A stretch of DNA of 64,000 nt from Spirochaetota bacterium (GTDB taxonomy: Bacteria; Spirochaetota; UBA4802; JAFGDQ01). Made by a program: the position numbers and the translations under genes. The stretch covers positions 304,338 to 368,337 of the forward strand of contig JAZDKB010000019.1 of NCBI GenBank assembly GCA_043803405.1, in the 5' to 3' direction. Positions 37,201-46,298 of the stretch are shown in pieces. Numbering within the stretch: the stretch's first letter is position 1; each line of letters opens with the position of its first letter. The notes under the pieces are model-generated. The model was not told the origin of the DNA. It worked only from the letters and a program-made list of their open reading frames with translations, and did no database searches.

Positions 37201-39225
37201 ATGCCTAAAAGAAAAATTCAAATTGAAGTATATCCCCTGCGCTTAAATTTAAAAACCGTAATCCGTCACGCCTCCGCGACAAGACACGAGGGCGAGAGTA
37301 TCTGGGTTCATGTAACCAGAGACGGGATCGAGGGATTCGGCGAGGGCTGCCCCAGAACTTATTCTGCGGGGGATGACCTTGAATCAAGTGTTGCCTGGAT
37401 AAATAACGAATTTATCAATAAACACGAATGCCCTGAATCGCTGGATGAACTGAAAGCATGGATAAAAAATAACAGTTCTCAAATAGACATATATCCTTCC
37501 GCCTGGTGCGCGCTTGAAATGGCATTGCTTGATCTTTTCGCAAGGGAAAAAAAATGCAGCGTTGAAGAATGCCTGGGTCTCAAGGATTATAAACGTTCGG
37601 GACGCTATTCGGCAGTTATCCCTGACAGTAAAATATGGGAGTACACTGCAATAGCAGATAAATCTCTTATTCGCGGAATAACTGACTTTAAAATTAAATT
37701 AAAAGGAAAACCGGAAAAAGACCGTCAGAAGCTGGATATTTTATTTGATTTAAGCAGGCAGCACGGAATTAAAAATATTAGAATTCGCCTGGATGCGAAT
37801 AATTTATGGAAAGGAAAAAGCGAAGAAGCAATTGAGTATATTAAAAATTTAGGTACGTCAATTTTCGCGGTTGAAGAACCTGTCGGCCCCCGCGATATTG
37901 AAGACATTAAGAAAGTAAGCATTGAAACCGGCCTGCCGGTCATTTTAGATGAAAGCATCTGCACTTTAAATGATCTTTCACAATATAAAAGCCTTTCCGG
38001 CAAATATATCGCAAATATAAAAATCTCGCGTGTAGGCGGTATCCTTCGCGCCTTTGAAATGATTGATGAATTAAAAGAAATGAACTGGCCTGTCATAATA
38101 GGCAGCCATGTCGGCGAAACGTCTTTACTTACGCGGGCGGCACTGATTATTGCTTCATATACAGGGGAAAGCCTCATTGCTCATGAAGGCGCCTTTGGCG
38201 ATTATTTAGTCGAATGTGAACCTGCAGAACCAATGCTTAAATTCGGCCGTTACGGATTACTGGATTTATCCAATACTTATTTCTTAAAAAATGTTCAGGG
38301 ATTAAAATCAATACCTCCGGAAAACTGGAATACCGGATTCGGAATGGACTGCCGCGTTCCGGGAAATATTATCAACGATACTTCTGAGATAAATTACATA
38401 ATAACCCGGGATAATTACAAAATTCATTATCGTACATGGGGTAAAAAAACAGGAGATGATGTTATTTTGATTCTGCACGGCGGCATGAGCCATTCTCTCT
38501 GGCAGGCGCCCCTTGCGGATAAAATACTTTTAAAAGCGCCCGGCGTGACTGTTGCCGCGGCCGACAGAAGGGGATGCGGCTTGAACGAAGGCCGCGGAGA
38601 CCTGTATGCCGTACAGACCCTGATTGATGACCTTGTTTTGCAGATCGATCATTTAAAGAAATCATTTAAACGTATCCACCTTGCAGGCTGGTGCCAGGGC
38701 GCGCAATACGCGTCGGTTGCAGCGGAAAAAAAACATAATGAACTCTCAAGCCTTATATTGCTGACACCCGGATTTTTCTGGAACGACAGGTTCCGGTCGG
38801 TTCTGAGAATCAGTGAAAAATTTCTAATGGATATGATCGATGAATTCGGATTATCGCCCGAACGCGACCGTGCGTGTATTCCCCTGCCTATGGAAGCTGC
38901 CGACTTTACGCTCGATATGAAATGGCATGATTTTATTGAATCAGACACCCTTAAAACGAAAATGATTACTTTAAAATCAGCCAGTATCATGGACGAAATT
39001 CAGGAGCTTTCATGGTATGCAATTCAGAATAACCGGCTGCCCCTGCTCGCAATACTGGCGGAAAACGACCGTATTGTTGACAATAACAAAGTCATGCAGT
39101 TTATCGGCCACAAGTTTTCATCCGATAAACATAACAGGCAGATTTCAGTAAATACCGGCCATGCAATCCACTTTGAAAAAGCCGATGAAGTTGCCGATGC
39201 GATATTAGAATTTATCACGCAGTGA
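37201..39225 (+). CDS. Fusion protein: an N-terminal enolase-superfamily domain (MLE/OSBS subgroup) and a C-terminal alpha/beta-hydrolase fold-1 domain with Cys in the nucleophile elbow (GWCQG)
   Basis: The N-terminus has the KxK motif (FKIKLKGK), metal ligands in RLDANN / VEEP / ILDES, and K in KISRVGG. The C-terminus has ILILHGGMSHSLWQ...DRRGCGLNEG (HG...W...DxRGxG) and the nucleophile position AGWCQGA. Confidence 0.6.
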   Translation: MPKRKIQIEVYPLRLNLKTVIRHASATRHEGESIWVHVTRDGIEGFGEGCPRTYSAGDDLESSVAWINNEFINKHECPESLDELKAWIKNNSSQIDIYPSAWCALEMALLDLFAREKKCSVEECLGLKDYKRSGRYSAVIPDSKIWEYTAIADKSLIRGITDFKIKLKGKPEKDRQKLDILFDLSRQHGIKNIRIRLDANNLWKGKSEEAIEYIKNLGTSIFAVEEPVGPRDIEDIKKVSIETGLPVILDESICTLNDLSQYKSLSGKYIANIKISRVGGILRAFEMIDELKEMNWPVIIGSHVGETSLLTRAALIIASYTGESLIAHEGAFGDYLVECEPAEPMLKFGRYGLLDLSNTYFLKNVQGLKSIPPENWNTGFGMDCRVPGNIINDTSEINYIITRDNYKIHYRTWGKKTGDDVILILHGGMSHSLWQAPLADKILLKAPGVTVAAADRRGCGLNEGRGDLYAVQTLIDDLVLQIDHLKKSFKRIHLAGWCQGAQYASVAAEKKHNELSSLILLTPGFFWNDRFRSVLRISEKFLMDMIDEFGLSPERDRACIPLPMEAADFTLDMKWHDFIESDTLKTKMITLKSASIMDEIQELSWYAIQNNRLPLLAILAENDRIVDNNKVMQFIGHKFSSDKHNRQISVNTGHAIHFEKADEVADAILEFITQ

Positions 39226-39276
39226 GCCGGTGTTTTCGTTCAATACAAATGCTCCTATTCTGGATAAAATGAACTA

Positions 39277-39340
39277 CCCCGCCGCAAGTAGCGGGGTATC
39301 AAAAAGTTAGAAAAGTTTTCTGCGGCAAGCCGCGGGGAAT
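39277..39340. terminator. Convergent terminator region with two GC hairpins (CCCCGC-cgcaagta-GCGGGG; GCGG-caag-CCGC) between the fusion gene and the radical SAM gene
   Basis: Read directly. T-runs flank it on the minus strand. Confidence 0.4.
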
Positions 39341-39354
39341 TATACTAAAAGTGA

Positions 39355-40704
39355 TTAAAAGTGGTCAGGATATTCCCAGTAATAATGAGAATTCCTCCAT
39401 CCTTTTTTATAACTTTTGTTGTATTTGCAGACAGATACAAAATTGGTCAAATTTTTAAGGCTAAATAGTGATTTAACCAAACGATACTGATATGTTGGAA
39501 AAGAGTAAATGTGTTTTTTTATATAATTGCACCCAATATATATAGTGTCCAGATTTGTTCCTTTTGGTTGATGAACCACATAAGAAAATCTGTACTTGTC
39601 CCAGTCTTCTGGAAAATTTTTGTGGATGAGACGGTCTTCCGCTACCAGTTGATCCATTAACCCTGTCCCTGGAAGTGGAGTCAACATTGTAATCTGAATA
39701 ATGTCCACTCCCAAATCGACAAGAAAGTCGGCAAATTCTTTATAATAAAATGACGATTCGTAATCGTTTCCGATAATAAATGCCCCTAATACAGCTATTC
39801 CGTATTTGTGGAAAGCATCTATAACTCTTTTGTAGTTTTCTATCCCTACCTTAAGATTAATCCCTTTTCGCATGTTTTTGAGCATTTCAGCCTTCATTGT
39901 CTCAAAACCGATAAAAACGAACATGCAGCCGGATTGTGCTGCCAATTCGATTATACGTTCATTCGTACTGGCATTGATTGAAGTCTGCATCCACCATTTT
40001 TTTCTGATATTCCTGCCCAGCATTCCCTCGAGCAGTTTGATGGCTCTCTTGTAATTTTCTTCACTATAACCTATAAGATTGTCATCGACAAAAGTAAAGT
40101 ACTTGCCCTTGATCCCTTCCAACTCATTGAGGACAGAGTCAATGTTTCTCTGGCGAAATTTCTGTCCAAGATACCTCGATACTGAACAAAAATGGCAGTC
40201 AAAGGGGCAACCCCGGGAAGTTTGAACGGAATGCCAGAAATAGGCTGGATGGAGCAGGTCATGTCTCGGATTGATATTAACTTCGGATAAATTCAGTTGC
40301 GGCCCTAAGTATCTGTCTGCCAGTGTATTGTTTTCGAGATCATCTATAACCTGTCCCCAGATGCCTTCCGCTTCACCAACCAATACACTGTCAGCGTATT
40401 GAAGGATTTCATCGGGAAGCATGGAGGCATGAATGCCACCCATGATGACCTTGATATTTCTTGCACGATATAATCCTGCAATTTCATAGGCACGGGTTAT
40501 GTTGCTGGTAAAGGCAGTTATGCCAACCAGATCGGCTTCTTCGAATTCAAATTTGTCGAAGTTTTCATCAATTATTTTTATTTCCCAGTTATCAGGTGTC
40601 ACAGCCGCAACACAGGCAAGACTCAATGGCGGGAATGTGGCAGATCTGCTGAGAAGAATACCGCTTCTGCGGCCTACCGGGTTTATCAACAACAGTTTTT
40701 TCAT
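39355..40704 (-). CDS. B12-binding-domain radical SAM protein (class B)
   Basis: N-terminal cobalamin-binding Rossmann region (VGITAFTSNITRAY...VIMGGIHAS). CPFDCHFC, a CxxxCxxC radical SAM cluster motif. Confidence 0.85.
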   Translation of the reverse strand: MKKLLLINPVGRRSGILLSRSATFPPLSLACVAAVTPDNWEIKIIDENFDKFEFEEADLVGITAFTSNITRAYEIAGLYRARNIKVIMGGIHASMLPDEILQYADSVLVGEAEGIWGQVIDDLENNTLADRYLGPQLNLSEVNINPRHDLLHPAYFWHSVQTSRGCPFDCHFCSVSRYLGQKFRQRNIDSVLNELEGIKGKYFTFVDDNLIGYSEENYKRAIKLLEGMLGRNIRKKWWMQTSINASTNERIIELAAQSGCMFVFIGFETMKAEMLKNMRKGINLKVGIENYKRVIDAFHKYGIAVLGAFIIGNDYESSFYYKEFADFLVDLGVDIIQITMLTPLPGTGLMDQLVAEDRLIHKNFPEDWDKYRFSYVVHQPKGTNLDTIYIGCNYIKKHIYSFPTYQYRLVKSLFSLKNLTNFVSVCKYNKSYKKGWRNSHYYWEYPDHF

Positions 40705-43700
40705 TACAATGTAGCTTTTCCCTTTTCCCCTGCTATCTTATTAAGAATGCGGAAAATATTGTCTGCTTTGAAGGGCTTTTTTAAAAAATCATAAACACCT
40801 TTATTCTGGTATTCATTCTCATTTCCGTCAAGTTTCCCGGTCATAAAGACAACAGGTACTTCTCTGTTTACCTGTTTTAATTCTTCAAATACCTGCTCTC
40901 CGTTGATGATTGGCATCAGAATATCGAGAAACACTACATCCGGGCAGAATTCGTTGAAAATCCGTGCCGCCTTCCTGCCGTCTTTCTCGGCAATAATATT
41001 ATTAAAGCCACCCTTTTTTAATGTCAGCATCATTAAATTTATTACTTCTTCTTCATCGTCAATAATCATAATTTTAATATTTTTTGATATTTCAATATGC
41101 ATATCTGTCTTATTAAAGGTTTTTTTTACTTTTATTATTTCGTTTCCTTCAGGGAACGGCAGTTTCATTATGAATGTTGCTCCCTTACCCTCCTCACTCT
41201 CAACCGATATTGTAGCATTATGCTGTTTGATAATAGTGTGTGTAACCGATAGGCCAAGCCCTGTGCCGGTTATACCGAGATCGTCCTTTGCGTACGCGCC
41301 CTTGGTTGAAAAGAAAGGATCGAAAATTTTATTCATTGTCTCTCTGCTCATTCCAATGCCGGTGTCGGAAAATCTGATCTCAAGATGCCTGTCCGTATCC
41401 TTTACCGATATGATGATATTTCCACGGCCCTTGGGCTTTATGGCATGAATGGAATTGATCAGTAAATTTAAAAAGACCTGTCCCATCTGATCCCTGTCGA
41501 ACAATACATCCGAGTGTTCCCCGAATTCCAGCCTCACATCAATATTTTCCAGCTGTGTCTGCTTTTTCTGAAGTTTTACGGTCTCCTTTATAACATCAGT
41601 TATATCCTGTATCGCAAAGTCGGGATCTTTGGGTGTTGCGAATACAGACAATTTATTAATAATGCCGCTTCCCCGCTTTGTGGATTTTTCGATTTGCTGC
41701 AGAGATTCTTTAATATCTGCTGCAATGGACTCCTCATCCAGTATAAGCTGCGCGTGGCCAAGTATCACATGCAGAATATTATTAAATTCGTGGGCTACAC
41801 CTGACGCAAGCTGGCCAACGGCCGACAGCTTTGCTGACTGGAATAACTGCTCTTGAAGGGTTTTGCGCTCCTGTTCAAGTTCGATGTTGTACAGGGCGAA
41901 CGCGATCTCATCTGCCACTTCTTTTAACAGACGGGGCTCTTCATTATTAGATATAAAATCAGGTTTTAAGGCAACGGACATTATCCCGTATGTTTTATCA
42001 TCATACTTCAGCCTGTTTAACATCCTTAATGTTTTACAGTATTTGCTTTTAAACCCGCAATCGCCGCATTTAATGTCCGGGTTATCAATTACAACCGTAT
42101 CCGGCTCGGACAACGCCTTTTCGCAGCAGCCCGGCATAACATCATTCCTGAATTTCTCAGTAAAAACCCGGAAATCTTCCGTAAAGCCGGATTCGAATGC
42201 CCGGCTGAATTTGCCCTTTTCATCAAAAAGAACAATCCATGCTTCACCATGGCCGTTGGTTAAAGCGAGCTTGTCGCAAATATCTTTCATCAGCCTGTCG
42301 CTGTCCTTCTCGTGAGTGATAAGGTGGTCTATATTCAGTATGGCAAGAAGGACTTCATTAAGGTGCTTAATCTTTTCCTCGTGCCTTTTTAGTTCGGCAA
42401 ACGATCTCGCATTGTTTATGCTTATTCCTATCTGCTGTGCTATGCCGGAGAGGAGGTTCATGTCGCTTATATTGAGAGGCCTTCTGCTGCCTGCGTTGTC
42501 AATAGCCAGAATTCCCAGCGGCTTTTCCTTATATGCAATAGGCACTGTAATAAAGCTTTTTGTGCCGATTTGATCTACAAATTCTTTGCTGCGCGGCGAC
42601 ATGTCATTAATTATATCATTAATATCGTTGATGAGAAAAGGTTTCTGCTCTTTAAACGTCCTAACAAATATTCCTTTTGATTTTGGCCTGTTCAAATGGA
42701 ACTCAGTATTCTTTAATATCTCTTCCTTTGCCGGGTCATATCCATAACCTGCTTTGTAAACGAGCTTGCTTGCGTTATCATCTGCAAGCAGAATAATTCC
42801 ACTGTCAAAATCCGTTCTTTTTTCCAGTATCTCCATTATTGATGCAAACAAATCATCCATGTCCAGTATTGACGATATGGCCTGGCCTATCTCCTGAATA
42901 AGCAGGGCATTATTGAAGCGATTATTAATTTCTTCCAGAAGCTGTTCCGCTGTATTTCCCTGCGATTCAGAGGCGCGTATAAGTTCTTTATTTTTTTTCC
43001 GCTCATAATAATTTGATAAGCCAAGAACAGCGCCTGAACAAAGCAAAAAAGTTATAAAAGAATAAAGGACAGGTAAAAATATAAACGAGGTTATTGATAA
43101 GAGTACAGCGAAAAGAGATAAATAATTGCGTATCAGCTTCAATTGAAATGACGCAGGCTTATCCCATGATACTATATATTTGCAATATTCATCGCCTTTA
43201 TGTATACATAATGGATGTTCAATATTTGAAAATTTATTATTAAACATCGTCGGTACTGCTTCAAACAAGCCAAGCCGGGCCTCGCATTGATATGGCTTTT
43301 CCATGACATCTTTTTCCGGACGCGCACTTATTTCCACTTTATTATGGCCGAGTTTGCGCGTCTTTACCGTGCCGCCTCGTGTAAGTTTGGAGCTTATATG
43401 GCCGGCTGATGAGTAAGCTGCCTCAACTGTAATAAAACCCAACATATACTGACGAATAAGGTTATAGGAGCCTGATTTTGATGCAAATCTGCCTGTTTCC
43501 CGTGATATATTTACATTCCCTGTCTTTTTCACTAAAATTTCATGAAAAAGATCCGACTGCCTCTGGGTATACCAGTATCCCAGATCCTCTAATTCATGCA
43601 AAGAAATTTCCGCATACTCAAGCAGTGAATTAATATCAACATCGGGATAATGCTTTTTGATAAAATTAATATAGGTAATTATCATTCGGATATTATATAA

Positions 43701-43715
43701 ATGAGGGGCATTCAT
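40704..43715 (-). CDS. Multi-domain hybrid sensor histidine kinase: N-terminal sensor domain, TM segment, GAF, a Cys-rich GAF-like region, HisKA, HATPase_c, and a C-terminal receiver
   Basis: H-box SGVAHEFNNIL. G-boxes DTGIGM...GTGLGLS. Receiver IMIIDDEEE...FLDILMP...KPF. Stop/start overlap with the radical SAM gene. Confidence 0.9.
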   Translation of the reverse strand: MNAPHLYNIRMIITYINFIKKHYPDVDINSLLEYAEISLHELEDLGYWYTQRQSDLFHEILVKKTGNVNISRETGRFASKSGSYNLIRQYMLGFITVEAAYSSAGHISSKLTRGGTVKTRKLGHNKVEISARPEKDVMEKPYQCEARLGLFEAVPTMFNNKFSNIEHPLCIHKGDEYCKYIVSWDKPASFQLKLIRNYLSLFAVLLSITSFIFLPVLYSFITFLLCSGAVLGLSNYYERKKNKELIRASESQGNTAEQLLEEINNRFNNALLIQEIGQAISSILDMDDLFASIMEILEKRTDFDSGIILLADDNASKLVYKAGYGYDPAKEEILKNTEFHLNRPKSKGIFVRTFKEQKPFLINDINDIINDMSPRSKEFVDQIGTKSFITVPIAYKEKPLGILAIDNAGSRRPLNISDMNLLSGIAQQIGISINNARSFAELKRHEEKIKHLNEVLLAILNIDHLITHEKDSDRLMKDICDKLALTNGHGEAWIVLFDEKGKFSRAFESGFTEDFRVFTEKFRNDVMPGCCEKALSEPDTVVIDNPDIKCGDCGFKSKYCKTLRMLNRLKYDDKTYGIMSVALKPDFISNNEEPRLLKEVADEIAFALYNIELEQERKTLQEQLFQSAKLSAVGQLASGVAHEFNNILHVILGHAQLILDEESIAADIKESLQQIEKSTKRGSGIINKLSVFATPKDPDFAIQDITDVIKETVKLQKKQTQLENIDVRLEFGEHSDVLFDRDQMGQVFLNLLINSIHAIKPKGRGNIIISVKDTDRHLEIRFSDTGIGMSRETMNKIFDPFFSTKGAYAKDDLGITGTGLGLSVTHTIIKQHNATISVESEEGKGATFIMKLPFPEGNEIIKVKKTFNKTDMHIEISKNIKIMIIDDEEEVINLMMLTLKKGGFNNIIAEKDGRKAARIFNEFCPDVVFLDILMPIINGEQVFEELKQVNREVPVVFMTGKLDGNENEYQNKGVYDFLKKPFKADNIFRILNKIAGEKGKATL

Positions 43716-44036
43716 TTTTTATTACTTCTTACCTCTCTAGATTAAAGGCCATGAACCCATGAAATTACTTCCAAAACAGTAAGTAATAAATGAATCCTAA
43801 TTTAAATAAAAAATTCTTACTGTCTACTTTTTTGGAGCAAAGTCAAAATGACTCATAAGTGAGTGACATTATAACGCAAAGGTTAAAAAATTCAAATAAA
43901 AAAACGGGTATTGAAAATTTATGTATATAACGTAGTATAAAATATTCTTAGGAGAAACTGGATTCCTAGATATCAATTTTGTTATTAGTTAAATTTCTTC
44001 TATCTTTATCCACACAAGTGTGCGCTGTATGTATTA

Positions 44037-46130
44037 CTAATTAAGCAATGATGGCATAGTAGGATCAATCCACTGCTTGAGATAATCAATATATTCATGG
44101 CCGTACTTTGTATCAATAATCCATAGATTATAATATCTGTCTGTAACTATATAATTCAGGTTCAGATATTCAACAGGATAAACCATCACAGATATATTAT
44201 TATAATAATACATTCTCCCAAGCACATTAATTGCGTTATTCAGATTTTCCCATGGAAGATCCATATCAACAATAATGATCTTTATGCAATTCAATAATTC
44301 CGACATATTAATTCCAATGTCGGACCGGTCAATAATGAATACAGCTTTTAATTCATTATGTTCTTTTAATGAATATACATTGCATGACCTTGTTAACTGT
44401 ATCTTTTTATATATTTTTTCAAGAGGTTCTTCGTTAAAGTCCATATCAGGCCTCAGGCTTTTTACAAGAAGCCCTCCTCCTGATTGTTCCTGATAAAAGT
44501 TATCTAAAGTTTCATAATCCTCACTGTTAATTTCCTCAATTATAAATCCCTTATACAGGGACTCTGTATTTGAATGCATGGCACATGACAGATAAGCAAA
44601 TGTATCCAGTGTAACTCTTCCCGGATTATTAGCTTCCTTGTAAACTCCGCCGAAAAAATGTTCTGAAAACCTGTTATCAGGTTGATAGAAAAACATTAAA
44701 TAATCTATTTTGAATGCTGGAAGAATAAACATAATATCAAGATAATTTAAAACATGGTCTAGAATATGGATTCCTGTCTTATTTGTATTTTCTGTTGATA
44801 TGGCTGCTAGGTGCTGAACAAGCCATGATCTTTGATAAGCTCTAATTATGGAGCAATGTCCAAAAATTTTTCCGTTTTCCTGATATGTGATGTATGTGAA
44901 TATTTCCCGGCCTTTCCGGTATAGCCTGTTGTATATATCCCTGATCTCGCTGCTGCGTGATTCAATTAATTTATATTTCCTGGGATAAATAAATTTTGAT
45001 TTAAAGAAAAACTCCCATAAGGAATCAATATCCAGCTCAGGTGATAGGTTTATATGGGGATTATCGGCATTGCAGACTATCGCAAAAAGCCGGTTAAATG
45101 CATCCATCTCCATATCAAGAATGGAAAATCCATATTTGATATTCTTTTCGTCCACACTCAGCTGGTATACAACAGAAGCAGTACATTTTAAATTAATACT
45201 CCCGTTGATTACAATGTATAGCTCTTTAATGAAAAGTCCCGGCATAAGGGGGGACTCATCAATACGCAACTGCATGGCAAATCCTGCGGATGATATATCC
45301 GTCACTTCAAGTTCCATTGTTTTATTCAATAAAGGATGATTAAAAATGATTTTCGGTGCAGGCACAAGCTTAAGCCTGGGATTGCGGTTCTCTCTTTTTG
45401 TCCGATTCTTTAATGCGTTTTCCTGCGACAGGACAATAGAACAGTCATTCTGAAAAGCAGTCCTTTTATAACTGCAAAATCCTGAATAGACAATCTCCTC
45501 TCCGGTTATTTCTGCAGGCTCAGTGGATCGCAGCTCAACAAAAAACGGTTTGGCTGTATCCAATTTGTCAAGTAAAGGCTGGAATTCTTCATCCGGTTTT
45601 ATGAGGAAATCTGCGGAGCTGAATTCCTTTAAACTGCCGCATATCCTTATATTGTCCTGAATAATTTCCGCATTGACATCATCAGTGGCAGGGTATCTCC
45701 TGCTTTTTCTTCTGTTCCAGACGTAGCCTTTTACCGGCAGTGCCGCAATTAGCTTATCTTCGGTAACATCGATAGTTTCAACAGGAACTACTATAATTGA
45801 TTTGCCGTAATTAATAATAATATTCAGTAAAATATAATCGGCCGGATTATACTGTTCGTGTTTAATCCAGTGCGCCGTGAGATTCTCATCAACGCATGGC
45901 TCGGGAGATGCCATAACAGTAATGTTTTCTTTTGTTTCCGGGTTGTGAACATGTACCCGGATAGTGCTGCCGGCGAAGTGAATATGATTAATAAGATTGA
46001 TAATTGCGGCTTTTTTAATTCTTTTTGCTGAAGTTAAAGATCCGGCCGGAGCTCCGCCAAAGCTTTCCTTCAGCTCCGAAACTTCCAGCTCTTTGGCAAT
46101 AAGCCCGGTATTTGATAATGTAGCTTTCAT
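44037..46130 (-). CDS. Large (697 aa) hypothetical protein with one or two N-terminal PilZ-like (c-di-GMP-binding) motifs and an uncharacterised C-terminal domain of about 350 aa
   Basis: RRKSRRYP...(about 23 aa)...EFSSADF, and RENRNPRLKL...(28 aa)...EVTDISSAGFAMQL (RxxxR ... DxSxxG PilZ signature). Confidence 0.45.
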   Translation of the reverse strand: MKATLSNTGLIAKELEVSELKESFGGAPAGSLTSAKRIKKAAIINLINHIHFAGSTIRVHVHNPETKENITVMASPEPCVDENLTAHWIKHEQYNPADYILLNIIINYGKSIIVVPVETIDVTEDKLIAALPVKGYVWNRRKSRRYPATDDVNAEIIQDNIRICGSLKEFSSADFLIKPDEEFQPLLDKLDTAKPFFVELRSTEPAEITGEEIVYSGFCSYKRTAFQNDCSIVLSQENALKNRTKRENRNPRLKLVPAPKIIFNHPLLNKTMELEVTDISSAGFAMQLRIDESPLMPGLFIKELYIVINGSINLKCTASVVYQLSVDEKNIKYGFSILDMEMDAFNRLFAIVCNADNPHINLSPELDIDSLWEFFFKSKFIYPRKYKLIESRSSEIRDIYNRLYRKGREIFTYITYQENGKIFGHCSIIRAYQRSWLVQHLAAISTENTNKTGIHILDHVLNYLDIMFILPAFKIDYLMFFYQPDNRFSEHFFGGVYKEANNPGRVTLDTFAYLSCAMHSNTESLYKGFIIEEINSEDYETLDNFYQEQSGGGLLVKSLRPDMDFNEEPLEKIYKKIQLTRSCNVYSLKEHNELKAVFIIDRSDIGINMSELLNCIKIIIVDMDLPWENLNNAINVLGRMYYYNNISVMVYPVEYLNLNYIVTDRYYNLWIIDTKYGHEYIDYLKQWIDPTMPSLLN

Positions 46131-46298
46131 CAGAGACCTCGATTACATAGAATGGAAAAAAGGAAAGCGACATAATAATATAGTAATTGTTTATATTAAT
46201 AAAATAATGATAATAAAAATTGCAAGTATCTTTTTTAAATTTTTTCAGGTTTAAAACTTATATGGCGATTTAACTAAAAGCAGCTTGGGATCAATTTT

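Noticed and set aside
40903-42573. Several 85-180-aa + strand ORFs inside the histidine kinase gene
   Set aside because: They are antisense to a well-supported 1003-aa HK gene. Ile/Ser/Phe-rich translations of an AT-rich strand.
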